64,000 nt of DNA from Camelus dromedarius (Eukaryota), in NCBI RefSeq assembly GCF_036321535.1, contig NC_087436.1:113772001-113836000 (forward strand), written 5' to 3'. Below the pieces are notes generated by a model. The model was given only the letters and a program-made list of their open reading frames with translations. It had not been told where the DNA came from and ran no database searches. A program made the translations under genes and the position numbers. Shown piece after piece: positions 1 through 12,779 of the stretch (its first letter is position 1; every line of letters begins with the position of its first letter).

Positions 1-129
1 TGCTTGTGCTTTTCTCCAACCTGCACTTTACTCTGTAGCCAAAACACTATTTTCAAAATACCAAACAGGCCATTTCAGACATACCTTTTCCCATCTTTAG
101 TATGGCAAATATACTTCCTTGCCTGGCCG

Positions 130-450
130 TGGCCCAACTCTCAGGATCCATCTTTCACTATATTGCCTCAGCCTCAGGAGCACAGCCACACAAGCTGTTC
201 TTCCATTCTCTCTGCAGGATTTCTGTTTGGACCCCTCTGCCTGGAGCCCTCTTCCTCTCAACTCTACTGCACTCATTGTACTTATTTTTCAGATCTTACT
301 CACTATTTCTGGATAGGTTGGAATCCCAGTACAGGGGTATTAACATCTCATACTCTAACTTGATAGAGTCCATGATGGGGACTGTGTGGATTTCTTCTTT
401 ATGCAAACATAGGGTCTAGAACATAGTAGGCATACAATATAAATATATCT
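130..450 (+). mobile_element. L2 LINE 3' fragment (decayed)
   Basis: Ends with GGTCTAGAACATAGTAGGCATACAATATAAAT, resembling the L2 3' terminus (CCTGGCACATAGTAGGCGCTCAATAAAT). Confidence 0.6.
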
Positions 451-452
451 TC

Positions 453-535
453 AAAGGAAGAAAGGGAAATAAAAAGATTAAAAAAAAGGAAAGGAAAGAA
501 AGAAGGAAGGAAGGAAAGAAGGAAGAAAAGAAGAC
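453..535 (+). repeat. Purine-rich (GGAA/GAAA)n low-complexity tract
   Basis: GGAAAGGAAAGAAAGAAGGAAGGAAGGAAAGAAGGAAG seen directly. Confidence 0.9.
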
Positions 536-1959
536 ATTAAAATGAATAAATTGAGAGTTATCCCACAAGTTTCTATTTTTTCATGTAAAAGTTGAGAAAC
601 TTTCAATGACACCATATTTTCTCTCTGTTAGATTAAATCTTACTTGGAGGTATAAGACATATAAAGCAGGTAAATTCATTTGATCTTGGAATCTGGAGGG
701 ACTGCAGAGTCATGCTTGGTACTTCAATCTTCCTAGAATCTGTGGCCTTCCCTTAATCTATGATTCAGTTCCCACTCTTAAGTAGTTGGCTCCGTTATAG
801 AACTGGAGACAATCTGGATATTCCTTAAAAAAAACAAACAAAAAAAAAAGCTGAAAAGAACAAAAGGTCCAGATGATGGGTGTGTAAAAACAAAACGACC
901 CTTAAAGAAAAGATATTTTGAATCCAAATAAAATAACAGAGTCTGCTATAGCTGAGGGGAAAAAAAGCATATTAGTTAACCTTGAGGGCAGGGACACAAT
1001 GAGGTATGAAATCTCGTATCTCATAAAAAGCTTCCAAGGTCAAAGTTATACAAACAGGCAACCCTATAGAGAGTGGAAAATCTCATGACCTGCTGCTTGT
1101 GTCATTAATTGCTGAACTGCCAGTTACCCTAGTGAAACATTATATAATTATTGCTCCGGGCATGGATGTGGCAATGCCTTAAAATAAACAAGACAGTCAG
1201 TTAGAGTTAATCTGTTAAAAATTCGCTCTGCCAAGACAAGCTATAGAAAGTGGAAACAAAAATACAGTAGTGTTGAGGAACAAGGAATACATTTCAGGGT
1301 CCAATACTCGTCACTAACCTAATAATTCAGGAGGCCCACCCTCTTCTCCATTCATTTAGTGTGAATTCCCCTTTTCCTGGTTAAACAGGCTAAGGCACTG
1401 GCTCTAAGATTAGGGCTTGGCTGCAAAGTTCTAAACAAGGAATGTGAATGTTTCAAGATAGCCTAAGCAAGGAGAGCCAAGTCCAAAACCCAGAGAGTAA
1501 ATTAAACACTCATTCCAAAGGAAACAATACAGCATGATGATGATGAAGTCCCACAGGAAATGTATCCAGACACTGGTGGGTGTCTTCAAATACTCATGAG
1601 TGCTTTGGTTTCTCTTTCACGGCTATTGCATGTATATCATATGGACTCAAGTGAGTTCATCTTAAAAGACAAGTGTTGGGATGAATCTATCCATTATACT
1701 ACCATCCATCCATACTTTTCTTATGTTCAACCACCTATTTAGTTCAGCAAGTTGGATTAGATGAATTGAATCAAGTCAGAGCAAAATGCCTGCTGATCCA
1801 TCCCTGTTCACCTATATACATGCAGGACATGCCACCAAAATTCAGGAGAATACCAACCAGTGTGTACTACGGTATTAGCTTTGTTCTTCTCATCCAATAT
1901 CCAAGACCGTACTCTAAGAGTAGGAAGACCTTTCACAGTAAATAGACAAGCTAGTCAGT

Positions 1960-2090
1960 GTAATCCAATAACAGCAATATTTTAGTTTCCTCTCCCATAA
2001 AATGGAGCAAATACTAGAACCCATCTCATAGGGCTATTGTGAGGGTTAAATAATTCTTTTAAAGCAGATAATGCCTGGCACTATTATTTT
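1960..2090 (+). mobile_element. MIR SINE core
   Basis: AGTTTCCTCTCCCATAAAATGG...CTCATAGGGCTATTGTGAGGGTTAAAT matches the MIR core. Confidence 0.8.
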
Positions 2091-2636
2091 TTAAGAATAC
2101 CTATAGATAAATAGTGATTTAATTTTAAAGAGTACTATCACAGATAGTATTTCCTTTGATTCTCCTAGAACACTTGCAGATAAAACTCATTTCTTTTCAA
2201 GTCATAGATGAGAAAATATCTGATGACCTTTTTCACTCTTTCTGAAATAACTGAGCTACTCAAGGGCAGGGCTGGGACTGTTCCTATTCCTACTGTGTGT
2301 ATTTGTGTGTTTCCATGTATAGTTTTCATAATCTGGTCTTAACATTTCTTCATCTTTTAACATCCTGGAATCCTCAAAAGCTGCGCAAAGCCTGGGTCAT
2401 TGAGAAGCCCTGTGTCCACAGTCCCATATATACTAAACAGAAAAGAAGGTTCAACAAGCACCAGAACAGCAAGGTCTGAACTTCTCCCTCCTCTGGCTCC
2501 CAGACCCTCTGGGGGCATAAGTGTTAGGTTTATTTTCAAATCCCAGCGGCCATATTTCCTAGCTTGTGCATATTGGTGAATCATGGCACTTCTCTGGGTC
2601 TCAAGTTTCTTCATTTACAAAACACCAAGGAAATTT

Positions 2637-2950
2637 AAGTCCACGGTCATTTTCCGCAATTCTGTAATCTGAAAAGCCCTGATATCTGAAAAAAATTTTT
2701 TTTTTCATAAGTTTGAAGCAAAAGCTCTTTTGGGCAGCAAAAACCTTCCTGAATTGACATGCAGTTATTTGAGTCATCGCTTATCATAGTTAGTCTCAAT
2801 GGTCACAATGTTAGATGCAGAAATACTAATGTGATTATGCTGGAGATGTTATATGTATATGACATACATATTGTGCTATCTTTGTACAGCCGTGAAATTC
2901 TGAATGTCAAAATCCTGCAGGCCCCAAGAGCTTCATGGGAGGGACTGTCC
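2637..2950. mobile_element. TcMar-Tigger-type non-autonomous DNA transposon remnant
   Basis: Ends GTCCACGGTCATTTTCCGCAATTCTGTAATCTGAAAAGCCCTGA and AATTCTGAAT...GGCCCCAAGAGCTTCATGGGAGGGACTGT resemble Tigger/MER46-like termini. Confidence 0.5.
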
Positions 2951-3419
2951 CTGCATGGCGTGTTCCTGGGTTTGGAGAAGGTAGAATCTCTGGCTCATAG
3001 TAAGAACCGAACAAGTGGTAGCCCTTACTTACAGGCTGTGCTTTTGGCTCTCACCCATTAATAGCTAGCACCCTTGCCCCTTCCCTGGCTGTCTAGTTGG
3101 TAAACATCTGGCTTTGGACCAAGCTTCCATTTTCCTTTAGTAAATACTGTCTTAGCTGTAGACTGTCTGAAACCCAGGGAGTTTCTTCTTTGGCTCAAAT
3201 CCCCTCTGCCAGACCAGGGAAATTTCTGAGCCCTAACAACACCAGGATTCTCATCACTGTTGTTTCAGTAAGATTCCTACAACCGCTTCTTCACTTGGCC
3301 ATGGATAGTTTAAGAAGACAGCAGGGTGGGAAACTAGAAAAGGAATATATGCCTTTTCAAAAATGAGTTAATTACATTTGACCAACACTTGCTTCTTCTT
3401 AGCAGGTAAGTAGTTAATG

Positions 3420-3545
3420 GATTCATTTGCTTATTTAGCAGTCAGTCATTCTTCTTTCACTGATTCATTGTATTATTTTAGTCATTCATTTATTTACTCA
3501 TTTATTCATTCCTTTGTTCAGACAGTAATTTAACAAATGTGATAG
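3420..3545 (-). repeat. (TCAT/TTCA)n-like tract, probably an L2 3' tail in antisense
   Basis: Repeated ATTCATT/GTCATTC units ending in TTTAACAAATG. Confidence 0.6.
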
Positions 3546-4349
3546 ATTTTTATTGGCCTTTTTTGATTCTATCTATAAGATGGCCCCCTAAGAACTAAAC
3601 AGAGAAATAGAAAATCAAATTCATCTGCTTATCAGTTTGTTTTTCTTCTGTGTGTTAATTTTTGGTGAAAATACATGAGTGAAATAATTAAATATTTTAC
3701 TTCTGGAGATCATTCTGTAAGTATTTCGCACAGGGCAGAGGCCATCATTTTATGAATTAGAACATATTACTAGGGACTGGCAGATCTTGCAGTCAATGCA
3801 TTGCCTGTTTGAATTCTCTGCACTCTCTGAAAAGCTAAGATTTTCATCAGCAAGATTTACAAATGTACCCTGGTTACCGGTCAGTTTCAAACCTAGGTCA
3901 GCTTGACTTCACTGTCACTGTGGATTTCCAGTTATATTCTCCTTTCTCCCAAGAAGGACTCAGAATAGAAAGTGATAAGGAGGATGAATAGTGCTCACTT
4001 CACAACTTTGCTGAGGGTCAGTCTGAACAACTTTCAAAGCAGAAAGTCTGTCTCAGAGTCTTGGGAAGAAGGTAAGCTCTAATGAGGCAGTAAAAATACT
4101 TCTAATTCACAACAGTATCCTAAGCACCTGGCTTAGTACCCAGTGCAAATGAACCTTTTTAATACATAAGATGTGCGATTTACAGTCACAGCAAATGATT
4201 GCTTAAGACAGAGGAGAAGGAAAGGGAGGAGGGGAAGGAAGAGGAAGAAAAAGAAAAGGGAGAAGGAAGATAAATGAAGTGGGAAAAAAATAAAACAAAA
4301 CAATGAGGGGGAAAAAAAAGAAGCAAGAACATAAGAGTGAAACATGCCT

Positions 4350-4362
4350 GTTGCCTAGCAAT
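4350..4362. promoter_or_regulatory. Candidate RFX X-box motif
   Basis: GTTGCCTAGCAAT, one mismatch from the X-box GTTGCCTAGCAAC. Motif match only. Confidence 0.3.
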
Positions 4363-4502
4363 TAGGTTTTTACTCATCACTCCTGTAAAACCACTCTCTC
4401 TGGAATCTCTGTCGATATCCATGTTGCCAATCTCAATGGCAAAGTGCTTAAGAGGAGTCCTTGAAACCAAGTGGCCTGTCTGACACAAAATACCTGAGTA
4501 AT

Positions 4503-5037
4503 TGTGCTGGACAGACCCTAAATGACCCCAGTGATCCCTGCCTTCTGCTGTCCACACATTTGTACAATCTCCTTCCCTTGGGTGCTGCTGGAAACTGTGA
4601 CTTGCTTCTAATCAACAGAAGAAGGCAAAAGTTATGGATTGTCATACCCATGATTACATTATTTTTATAAGACTCTGTCTTGCTAGAAGACTCATCCTAA
4701 AGATTCTTTTTGCAGGTTCGATGAAGCAAGTGGTCATGCTGAGGAAACTCACATGGCAGGGAACTGCAGGTAGCCTCTAGGAATTACATGAAAACTCCAG
4801 CCAAGAGCCAGCAAAGAACTGAGTGAACTTGAGAACAGTGTCTTCCCCATGTAAGCTTCCAAATGAGAACACAACTCAGCAAAGCCTTGATTGCAGCCTT
4901 GTGAGACTTTCAGCAAAGGGATCAACTAATCTGTGGCTGGACTCCTGACCCACAAAAACTATGCGATAATAAATATGCGTTTTGTTTGAGCTGCTGAATT
5001 GTAGTAATATTATTATGCAGTACAGAAATCTAATACA
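4503..5037 (+). mobile_element. ERVL-MaLR solo LTR (MLT1E/F/G-like)
   Basis: TG...CA ends, TGACCCCAGTGATCCCTGCCTTCTG start, GGACTCCTGACCCACAAAAACT...AATAAA...AATCTAATACA end. Degenerate TSD GTAAT/GTGAC. Confidence 0.9.
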
Positions 5038-5205
5038 GTGACTTTGGGTAGCAGTCTTTCTATATCTTAGCTCCCTGTTCTATAAAATGGAAATGACAAT
5101 AGTATCCATCCTGGAGCATTGTTGTGAACAAAGTTATGATAACATATGTAACACAGAGCAGTACTGGCACATAAAAACTTGTATAAGGTTAGCTGTTATA
5201 ATTAC
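5038..5205 (+). mobile_element. MIR SINE, 3' part directly abutting the MLT1 LTR
   Basis: GTGACTTTGGG...CTATAAAATGGAAATGACAATAGTATC...TTGTTGTGA...CTGGCACATA. Confidence 0.75.
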
Positions 5206-5679
5206 CTATGACGTATTACTTTGACATGATTTCACATCTTGAAATTCTTTTCTTCCTTGGCCTCTGTAATATTTTGTTGTCTTCATTTTCCTTCCATTTT
5301 TGCTTGTATTTTCCAGTCTCATTCCAAACTTTTCTTCTCCTTAGTCCTTCATTTGGAACCCTACCTTCTTGTTTAACTTCTTGTCCCCATGAGTGCTCAG
5401 GAGAGAAGAAATCTTTTATCTTGTCTCATGGTGTACTAAGCACTCCTAGTAGACTAGACACCTGCAGAACCTGATGGAGTGGTTTCTGCTAAAAAGGAAT
5501 GAGAAATTCAAAAACAAAGGGATGGATTCAATTAAAAGTAATATTTTAGGCCCCCAGTGCACCCAAGGCATTGTGTCAGGCACATTTATATTTTGTAATG
5601 AATCTACACAGCTGTCCCATGAGATAGCATTATTGGCACCAAGAAAGGGGGGAAAAAAGGGAGGCTCAAAGAGAAGAGT

Positions 5680-5900
5680 GGCAGAGTGAGTAATGGAAAG
5701 AGGGTTAGCTTTGGAGACAAACCTGAGTTCAAGATTGGTCCCTGCCTCTTTAGAGCTGTGTGATCTTAGACAAGTTGTTTAACCTTTCTGAGCTTCTGTT
5801 TCCTTATGACAAAATGAGAATGGTAGTATTTATCTCAGATAGTCATGAGAATCAAACAACACATGCGCATTACAGGAACTCAATACCTGGTGGCACAGTT
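5680..5900 (+). mobile_element. MIR SINE, near full length
   Basis: GCTTTGGAGACAAACCTGAGTTCAA...GCTGTGTGATCTTAGACAAGTTGTTTAACCTTTCTGAGCTTCTGTTTCCT. Confidence 0.85.
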
Positions 5901-5954
5901 TGTCTCAGGCTGCATTATGAGTTCTGGCATTCGTGTTTGGGTTCCCCACCCTAA

Positions 5955-5995
5955 ATAGATGATAAGTAGATACATAGATAGATAGACAGACAGAT

Positions 5996-6043
<48 letters not shown>
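5955..6043 (+). repeat. (GATA)n compound microsatellite
   Basis: About 12 perfect GATA units preceded by GACA/GAT variant units. Confidence 0.97.
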
Positions 6044-6044
<1 letters not shown>

Positions 6045-8847
6045 CTGAAAATTCAACAAAAGAAAGATGAGAACTAAGAATATACAAGGTGATAATGTTT
6101 CTTGATGGTTTTCATGCAAACTGTCATGACAGAATTGAGGGAGCTTTTAAAGGCCTCCCTGGTTTATGGATAGGGAAGCAGGGCTTAGGAAAAACACCTG
6201 TGTTCCAGATGGTCTCAAGAGAGTCAGTTGCTTCTCATTTTACTCATAGAGAGGTTGCAATTTAAAGACTGTAAGTGCATTTTGAAAGCAAAACTCTTGG
6301 TGCTTCAGCCTTTGAAGTCTTAAGGTGTGTCCAGATCCAAGCATCGGCCTCAACACCTGAGAACACCATATTCTCTATGTGCCATAGTGTTCAGTAGTGC
6401 CTTGTGATAAAAATCCATTTATTCCACGATTCAGGCATCTCTGGGCTTGATGGAGGGCTGGTGATAGGAATCTGTATGGTGGAGACGTTTGAGAACTCCA
6501 CAGAAAGAATTTATCCTAAGGGGTTAGAGAGCTGAAATACAAAGATAGGGTCTACAGAGAGGAGGTGAATGAACAAAAAGGGATGGGAGTCCTGGATTCT
6601 TATCCATCCCCCATCCACTTTCTGTTCTCCAAAATCACATTCTAGAGATTTTAGATCTGGGAAGAAAAGGTGGTAAAAACAAAAGACCAATCTCACTAAA
6701 ATCTCAGTAATTCCTAGAGAGAGAAGACATCCTGTCTCACTTTAGTGTGAGGGATGAGGAACCCAAGAGTCTAGTCTAAGGAAATTTTTTTGAATATATC
6801 CTGTAAAGATGAAGCACAGAGATAGAAGAGGATCTCAAGCATCTATTAAAAGCATGTTGAAGCACTTGTGAGGAATGTGAAGGTAATTTCTGTATTACCA
6901 GAAATTCTTCGGGTAAGAGTGAAGATGGCAATATTTTGTCTTCTATATATAGAAATTGTGTGTATCCATAACCATTTCTGTGTGGCATAGGTTTTTGTTT
7001 GTTTGCTTTTATACCTATTAAAAAAATCTTTGGGTTAGAGACACCCTCAAAACATGCTGACATGTGAAGTGTTGGACCATTTGCAGATATGAATGCAATT
7101 CTATCAGTAAGTAAAGTAGCATCTAGGCAGTGGTGTCTGCTCACTTTTGCAAAATGGCTATTTAAGACAAGCTGTGGGCAGCTGAGTCATGAGTAAGGGA
7201 AACACCCTCCTGAGGGGAAGATAAGGACCTCAAAAGCAAGCATTATAAGGGACCTCATCAGGAAGCACATTCGGGAGATGGTATGCTGCTTCTCCAAGAA
7301 TCTGGGTGCCTGGTCTTCTAAGGAAATCCCCTGCCAACACGAGCTCTTCTCCTGAATTAAGTTAGGCCATGTTTCATTGGTGGCTAGATAGGCTGACTGA
7401 CTATTCCAAGCCTGATTCTTCCTTTTTTTTTTTTTTTGCCAGATTTGAATCTTGACTCCACCTCATATCTTCTGCACTGGATTCATTGTGCCTTATGCCC
7501 TGACACCTAGAAATTGATTTGGCTTCAATTCTTGCCTCTGACTTTGATTCCTAAACTGTGTTTGATGTTTGCCTGCAGCTTAGTTGGTACGGTGACCTCT
7601 TTTACTGGACCACCCTTAACTGTTTTGAGTCTCTACTTGTGAGTTCATGGCTTGTATCCACACATTTAGTCCCAAGGCCATCATTGAAACAGAGGGAGGA
7701 GATTATCCTTTCCATACTACTTTCCTCTTTAAGATGCCCTTCTGTGATTTCTTTGCCCATTGAAGTTAATAACTAATAGTCTGTTAACCTGATTTTACAA
7801 CACACACACAAATAGAATTGCAATTTTCCTTGAGAATAAAATCCTGAAGATTCACTCTATTAGCGAAATATTATTGCCACACCTTCCAAAAAGGGAAAGA
7901 TCTGAGTAGATTTAAGGGTAGAAGAAACCAAGAAAGTGTAAGGAGAAACTGAAAAGAAAGTGGGGGACCTTTTGATATGGTCTGAAGTAAGCTACTACCT
8001 GCCAGGTTATCTATTGTAACCAGAGAATTTCATTCCCAGGATGGTTCATTGATACACAAAAACACATACAGATTCATAAAGCAACAGAGGTGCCTTTGGA
8101 TGAACAGGTGTCATGATTGGCCAGTGATGAACCAGCTTAAAAGTATTTGAGATCTTCAGTATTCCCATATGAACAGAAGTAACAGACATTTATATACACA
8201 TCTAAAAGCCTGAAAACCAACCAAAGCAGTATTATTAATAGTCATGATAAAAAAGTAGTGGGATTTCCAGTGAATCATAGAGCACTTTAAAGAAGACTAA
8301 AGACCAAAGAGAGGTTTCAAGGAACTCATATTTCACTTCCAAGGACCAAGGACCACCAATAATCCTCAGTCCATTTCAAGTTATTTCCTCAACTATTACT
8401 TCTCTACAGTCTATAAAAACACTCTTTCCTCCTTTACCGAATATCCTTATTGGGATCGATTTATGTCTCAACAAATTAGGTGAGGTTGGCATCTGGCTCA
8501 CGTAGCTTCACTCTTCACTTAGGAGAGCTGGAATCATGGGAAACATCTGGCAGATGTCTTTTTAAAGGGTATTTTAAATAGGTGGCTATGGAAACCATTA
8601 AAAGCTCTGTAAGGGAGGTTATAAAATTTCCTCTCTCCTGATCATCACCCCACAGACTGTAAACATTTTTCCATACTAAGCTAACAATTTTTTTTTTTAA
8701 ATGAAAAGGGGCTGATATAGCATTTCTCTGGCAAGGGCACATTAGAGATTGAGTTGAGGTTCCACAAAAAAGACAGTCAACTCTTTCAGAGGGAAAGGGG
8801 GAAATCACAGTGACTGTTAAAGCTGGAATGAACTAGGAAAGACCCTT

Positions 8848-8921
8848 CACATGAATCACTTTTCTGTACACCTGAAGCTAATACAATATTGTAAATCAAC
8901 TATACTTCAATACATTTTTCA
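8848..8921 (+). mobile_element. Very short 5'-truncated L1 3' end inserted in an antisense MIR
   Basis: TGAATCACTTTTCTGTACACCTGAAGCTAATACAATATTGTAAATCAACTATACTTCAAT, flanked by TSD AAAGACCCTT / AAAGATCCTT. Confidence 0.85.
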
Positions 8922-9759
8922 AAAGATCCTTTAATCCAACGGATTTCTCATTCTAATGAGGAAACTGAGGCTCACAGATGCAGTCTTATTTACACATCAT
9001 TCATACTGAAAGGAGTTTGAAAAAGACACGCATTAGATGTCATAACAGTGATGAACAAAACCGTTTTTATGTTTTACTTTTTAGATTGACCCTCAGAGTG
9101 TTTCATGCTGCCTTTTTTACCTCTAAGGGTCTGGCACACCCCACCTATACATGCACTCACATACATAACTTACCAAATAAAAATTTAATTTATGCCTTAT
9201 GCATTTGCTCAACATAAATCCTTAAGATCTGAGTATTTCAGGGGAAGACTTTGTCTTATTTCAACATGTACTGTAGTATGTTGTTTGTTTGTTTTTCTGC
9301 CAAGTCAAAATGACTCTGTGTTTCCACAAGCCATCCTTATGGTCCAAAGATCCCCACCGTCCACCCCACAACCTTCATACCCTCTTCTATGAATATCTTC
9401 CCTCTGGTCCTCTCAGCACTCTCCGTTCACACCAATAGAGAGAGGAACACTTTAAAATAATTTTGATACAAAGACATTTTTCTTGCTTGCATTCTGAGCT
9501 AAAACTAGATCAAAATTTTTCCTTTATAAATTAAAAAATCAGCATTACAATGACATTTCCAGTATTCATATCATAAACAACCATCTTGATTTCCTCACTG
9601 ACCCACAATTATAATTTGAGAAATTTCTGCTTAACAACATCCTGCCTGCTACAATGTATGTTAGGCGTGTCATTTAAACTGACAGTATCCTACCAATTGT
9701 ATATGGCAGAAAAAATGAGGGAAATAACTAGTATTGACTGAGGTTGGTTTATATCTCAG

Positions 9760-11830
9760 GTGTATTTTCCCCTGCTACATATGGATATTTAGTTGTTCTA
9801 GCACCATATATTGAAAAGACTCCCGTTTCTTCTTGGTATGTCGGTTTGGTATTTTTTTTCAAAAACATATATATGTTATTTCCGGAATTTCTACTTCTGT
9901 CCATTTTTTAGGAATTCTGTCTTCTGTACATGGACTTACAAATATTTTGTTAGTTTCATATTTTTGTTTGCTGTATTAAATAATACACATTTTTATTTTA
10001 AATTCTGAGTTTCATTCTAATTTTCAATTGTAGTATATAAGCCCAAATTAATCATTTCTGTTAGTCAAAACATTATTAATTATGTTAAGTGACATTACTA
10101 AAATCAGTTGCCATTGCTAGTAACTTTTGCAGATTCCTTTAGATTTTCTACATATACGGTTTGTCTTCTGCAAATAATGACTGTTTAGTCATTATTTGTG
10201 TGGCTTTTACTTTTCTCCAATATAAAATTGAAGTAAAATGATGAGAGTGGTCATACTGCCTTGCTATTGACCTCAGTGGGGAAAGAATTCAGTATTTCAA
10301 TGTTACATATGTTTACTAGAGGTTTTCTGGTAAATGGCATTGTCAGATTGAGGAAGTTCCTTTCTATTCCTAATTAGCTGATTTTTTTCTCTTTAATCAT
10401 GTAGGGTGTGGAATTTTATCCAACTTTTTCTGCATCAATTTAGATGATCATATTGATTCTCCCCTTTAAGTTAATATTGTGAATTAAAGTGATTTTTGAA
10501 AGATTAAACCAACCTTGAATTCACAGGATAAACCAAACTTGATCATACGTTATTATGTTTTTATATATTGCTGGATTTATTTCTTAATATTTTTGCTACA
10601 TATGTTTTGTAATGGCTTTATTGAAGTATTATTGAGAAATAAAAATTATGTATATATTTAAGATATACAGCTTGATGCTTGATATACACATATGCATTGT
10701 GAAATGATTACAGTCAAGCTAATTAAGATACCCATCACCTCACATAGTTTTTTCTTTTCTTTTTCTTTTTCTTTTTGTTTGTGATAAGGATATTTAAGCT
10801 CTACCATCTTAGCAAATTTCAAGCATACAATACAGTATTGTTAACTATAGCTACATGCTAATCATTAGATCTCCAGAACTCATTCAACTCTCATAACTGA
10901 AACTTTGCATCCTTTGACCAACATAGCTCCATTTTCCCCTCCCCCTAGTCCCTAACAATCATCATTCTACTCCCTGCTTCTATGAATATTTTAGATTCCA
11001 CGTAAAGTTAAGATCATGCAGAGATTGTCTTTCTCTGTCTGGCTTATTTCACTCAATACATACAATGTCCTTTGGGTTCGTCCATGTAGTCACAACTAGC
11101 AGAACTTCTTTCTTTTCTAAGATTGAGTAATATTCCGTTATATATCTATACCACACTTTCTATATTCACTCACCTGTCAATGAACATTTAGCTTGTTTCC
11201 ATAGTTTGGCTGTTATGAATGATGCTGCAGTGAACATAGGAGTGCAGATCTTTCTTTGAGGTCCTGATTTTAGCTCCCTTGGGTGCCTGCCCAGAAGTTT
11301 GAGTCTATGTTAATGAGGAGTACAGGACTGTAGTTTTCTTTGTCATTTTGGTTTTCCAGATATTGATACCAAGTTAATGATGGCATCCTAAACTGAGTTG
11401 GAACATATTTTTTTGTATTCTATTTTCTGAAAGGTTTATATAGAATTCACCTGTGAAGCTATCTGGAATGAAGGTGCCCTTTATGAGAAATTTTAATATT
11501 ATGAATTCAATGTTTTAATAGTAATAGGGATATTTAGATTTTCTATTTCTCAAATCAGTTATGGGAATTTGTGTTTTTCAAAGAACTTATTAATTCATTA
11601 ATGTTTGATTAAATACTATCATTTTCTTCATTATATTTCTTTATTATCATTTTAATTTTGAAGGAACTATAGTGATTTCCCTTTCATTTCTGATGTTGAT
11701 AATTGGTTGCTTCTATTTGCCCTTCATTAGTCTGGATAGTCTAGCCAGAATTTAATCATGTATTAGTATTTCCAGTAGAACAACTTTAGTCCCATTTATT
11801 TTCTCTATGATTTGTTAGTTTACTATTGTT
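9760..11830 (-). mobile_element. Old L1 (L1M-type) ORF2 region, decayed and interrupted by a younger L1
   Basis: Antisense L1 ORF2 motifs: GAGGAAGTTCCTTTCTATTCCTA, TTTTCTGCATCAATTTAGATGATCATA, TAGAATTCACCTGTGAAGCTATCTGG. Confidence 0.85.
10605..11298 (-). mobile_element. L1MA-like 3' end nested in the older L1
   Basis: CTTAGCAAATTTCAAGCATACAATACAGTATTGTTAACTATAG...TTAGATTCCAC...GCTGCAGTGAACATAGGAGTGCAGAT. Confidence 0.88.
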
Positions 11831-12139
11831 GAAGATGTGCCCTTAAATTTGAAAACATTTTTCAATATTTTAGGGCCTCCGTGGCTATATTATACATAAT
11901 ATATAATGAACATACTATGTATTAGACAGGAAAAGATCAAGTGTGTATAAATTATCTATTATTTTGTTTCATTTTACCAGGAAAAAAATAGGCATTGTTA
12001 ATTTTGCTTTCAGTACATTCTTGTCAATTAGACGTAAACTATGTCACTTGGGCACCTAGAAGTCATAAAGAGACAATATATGTATTGCGGTATCATGACA
12101 ATGTCACAGACTATCAACAACTGAGGTGTATTTCCCCTG

Positions 12140-12390
12140 TTTGCAATTTCATAAATCCTAGTGGTGCGTTGGAGTCCCATTTATAGCACTTACTAGCTCA
12201 GTAATCTTAGGAACATTATTTTACCTTTTCAGTGTCTTAGTATTCTTTTCTGTAAAATAATGATAATGATACATACCTGTGTTGTGAAGATCATGTGTAC
12301 AAGTAAGTATACTATGCTCACGACAGATCTCACACTAAGTACCACAGACTAAGTACTACACTCATCTTGACTGTATTATTATTACTAAGG
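12140..12390 (+). mobile_element. MIR SINE
   Basis: CACTTACTAGCT...TCTGTAAAATAATGATAATGATACATACCTGTGTTGTGAAGAT. Confidence 0.7.
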
Positions 12391-12779
12391 CTAATTCCTT
12401 CACCTATGTTCTGGTTTCATTCTTAATTTCTTGTCTCTTTTATCTTAAATCATCATTTGTCATGATGAAATAAAGCCAGACCTCTCCCTTGACCATGCAT
12501 GTCTCTGGCCATTACCAAGTATCATTTCTTTCTGCACTATGTAATCATCATTCTTTAATTTTTGTGCTGCTTTTCCCTCACCTCCCCTGACCTCACCCCC
12601 AGCTATTTACCCTTTAATCCAAAATATTTAGTCCTATCTTCTTAAAATTCAGTGTTCCTTTTGTTGTTTGTTTTTGTTTTCTTATTTAGACATTTTCTAA
12701 CTTCTGAAACAGCCGTGATTTTGACCCTCTCTCTTCTAGGTGGAGATGAAGTGTGAAAGTAGTGAAGTAACCAGAGTCA

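Noticed and set aside
1080..1260. Possible conserved enhancer with TAAT, forkhead and X-box-like motifs
   Set aside because: Short motifs like these occur by chance in AT-rich DNA, and I have no conservation data.
4133..4557. Phe/Leu/Ser-rich membrane-like ORFs
   Set aside because: They are the antisense reading of a purine-rich low-complexity tract.
5880..6119. ORFs with IYLS repeats
   Set aside because: They are translations of the (GATA)n microsatellite.
7200..7700. Possible ancient LTR or pseudogene fragment (frame IRDLIRKHIREMVCCF)
   Set aside because: The resemblance is only vague, with no termini, TSD or sustained homology that I can support.
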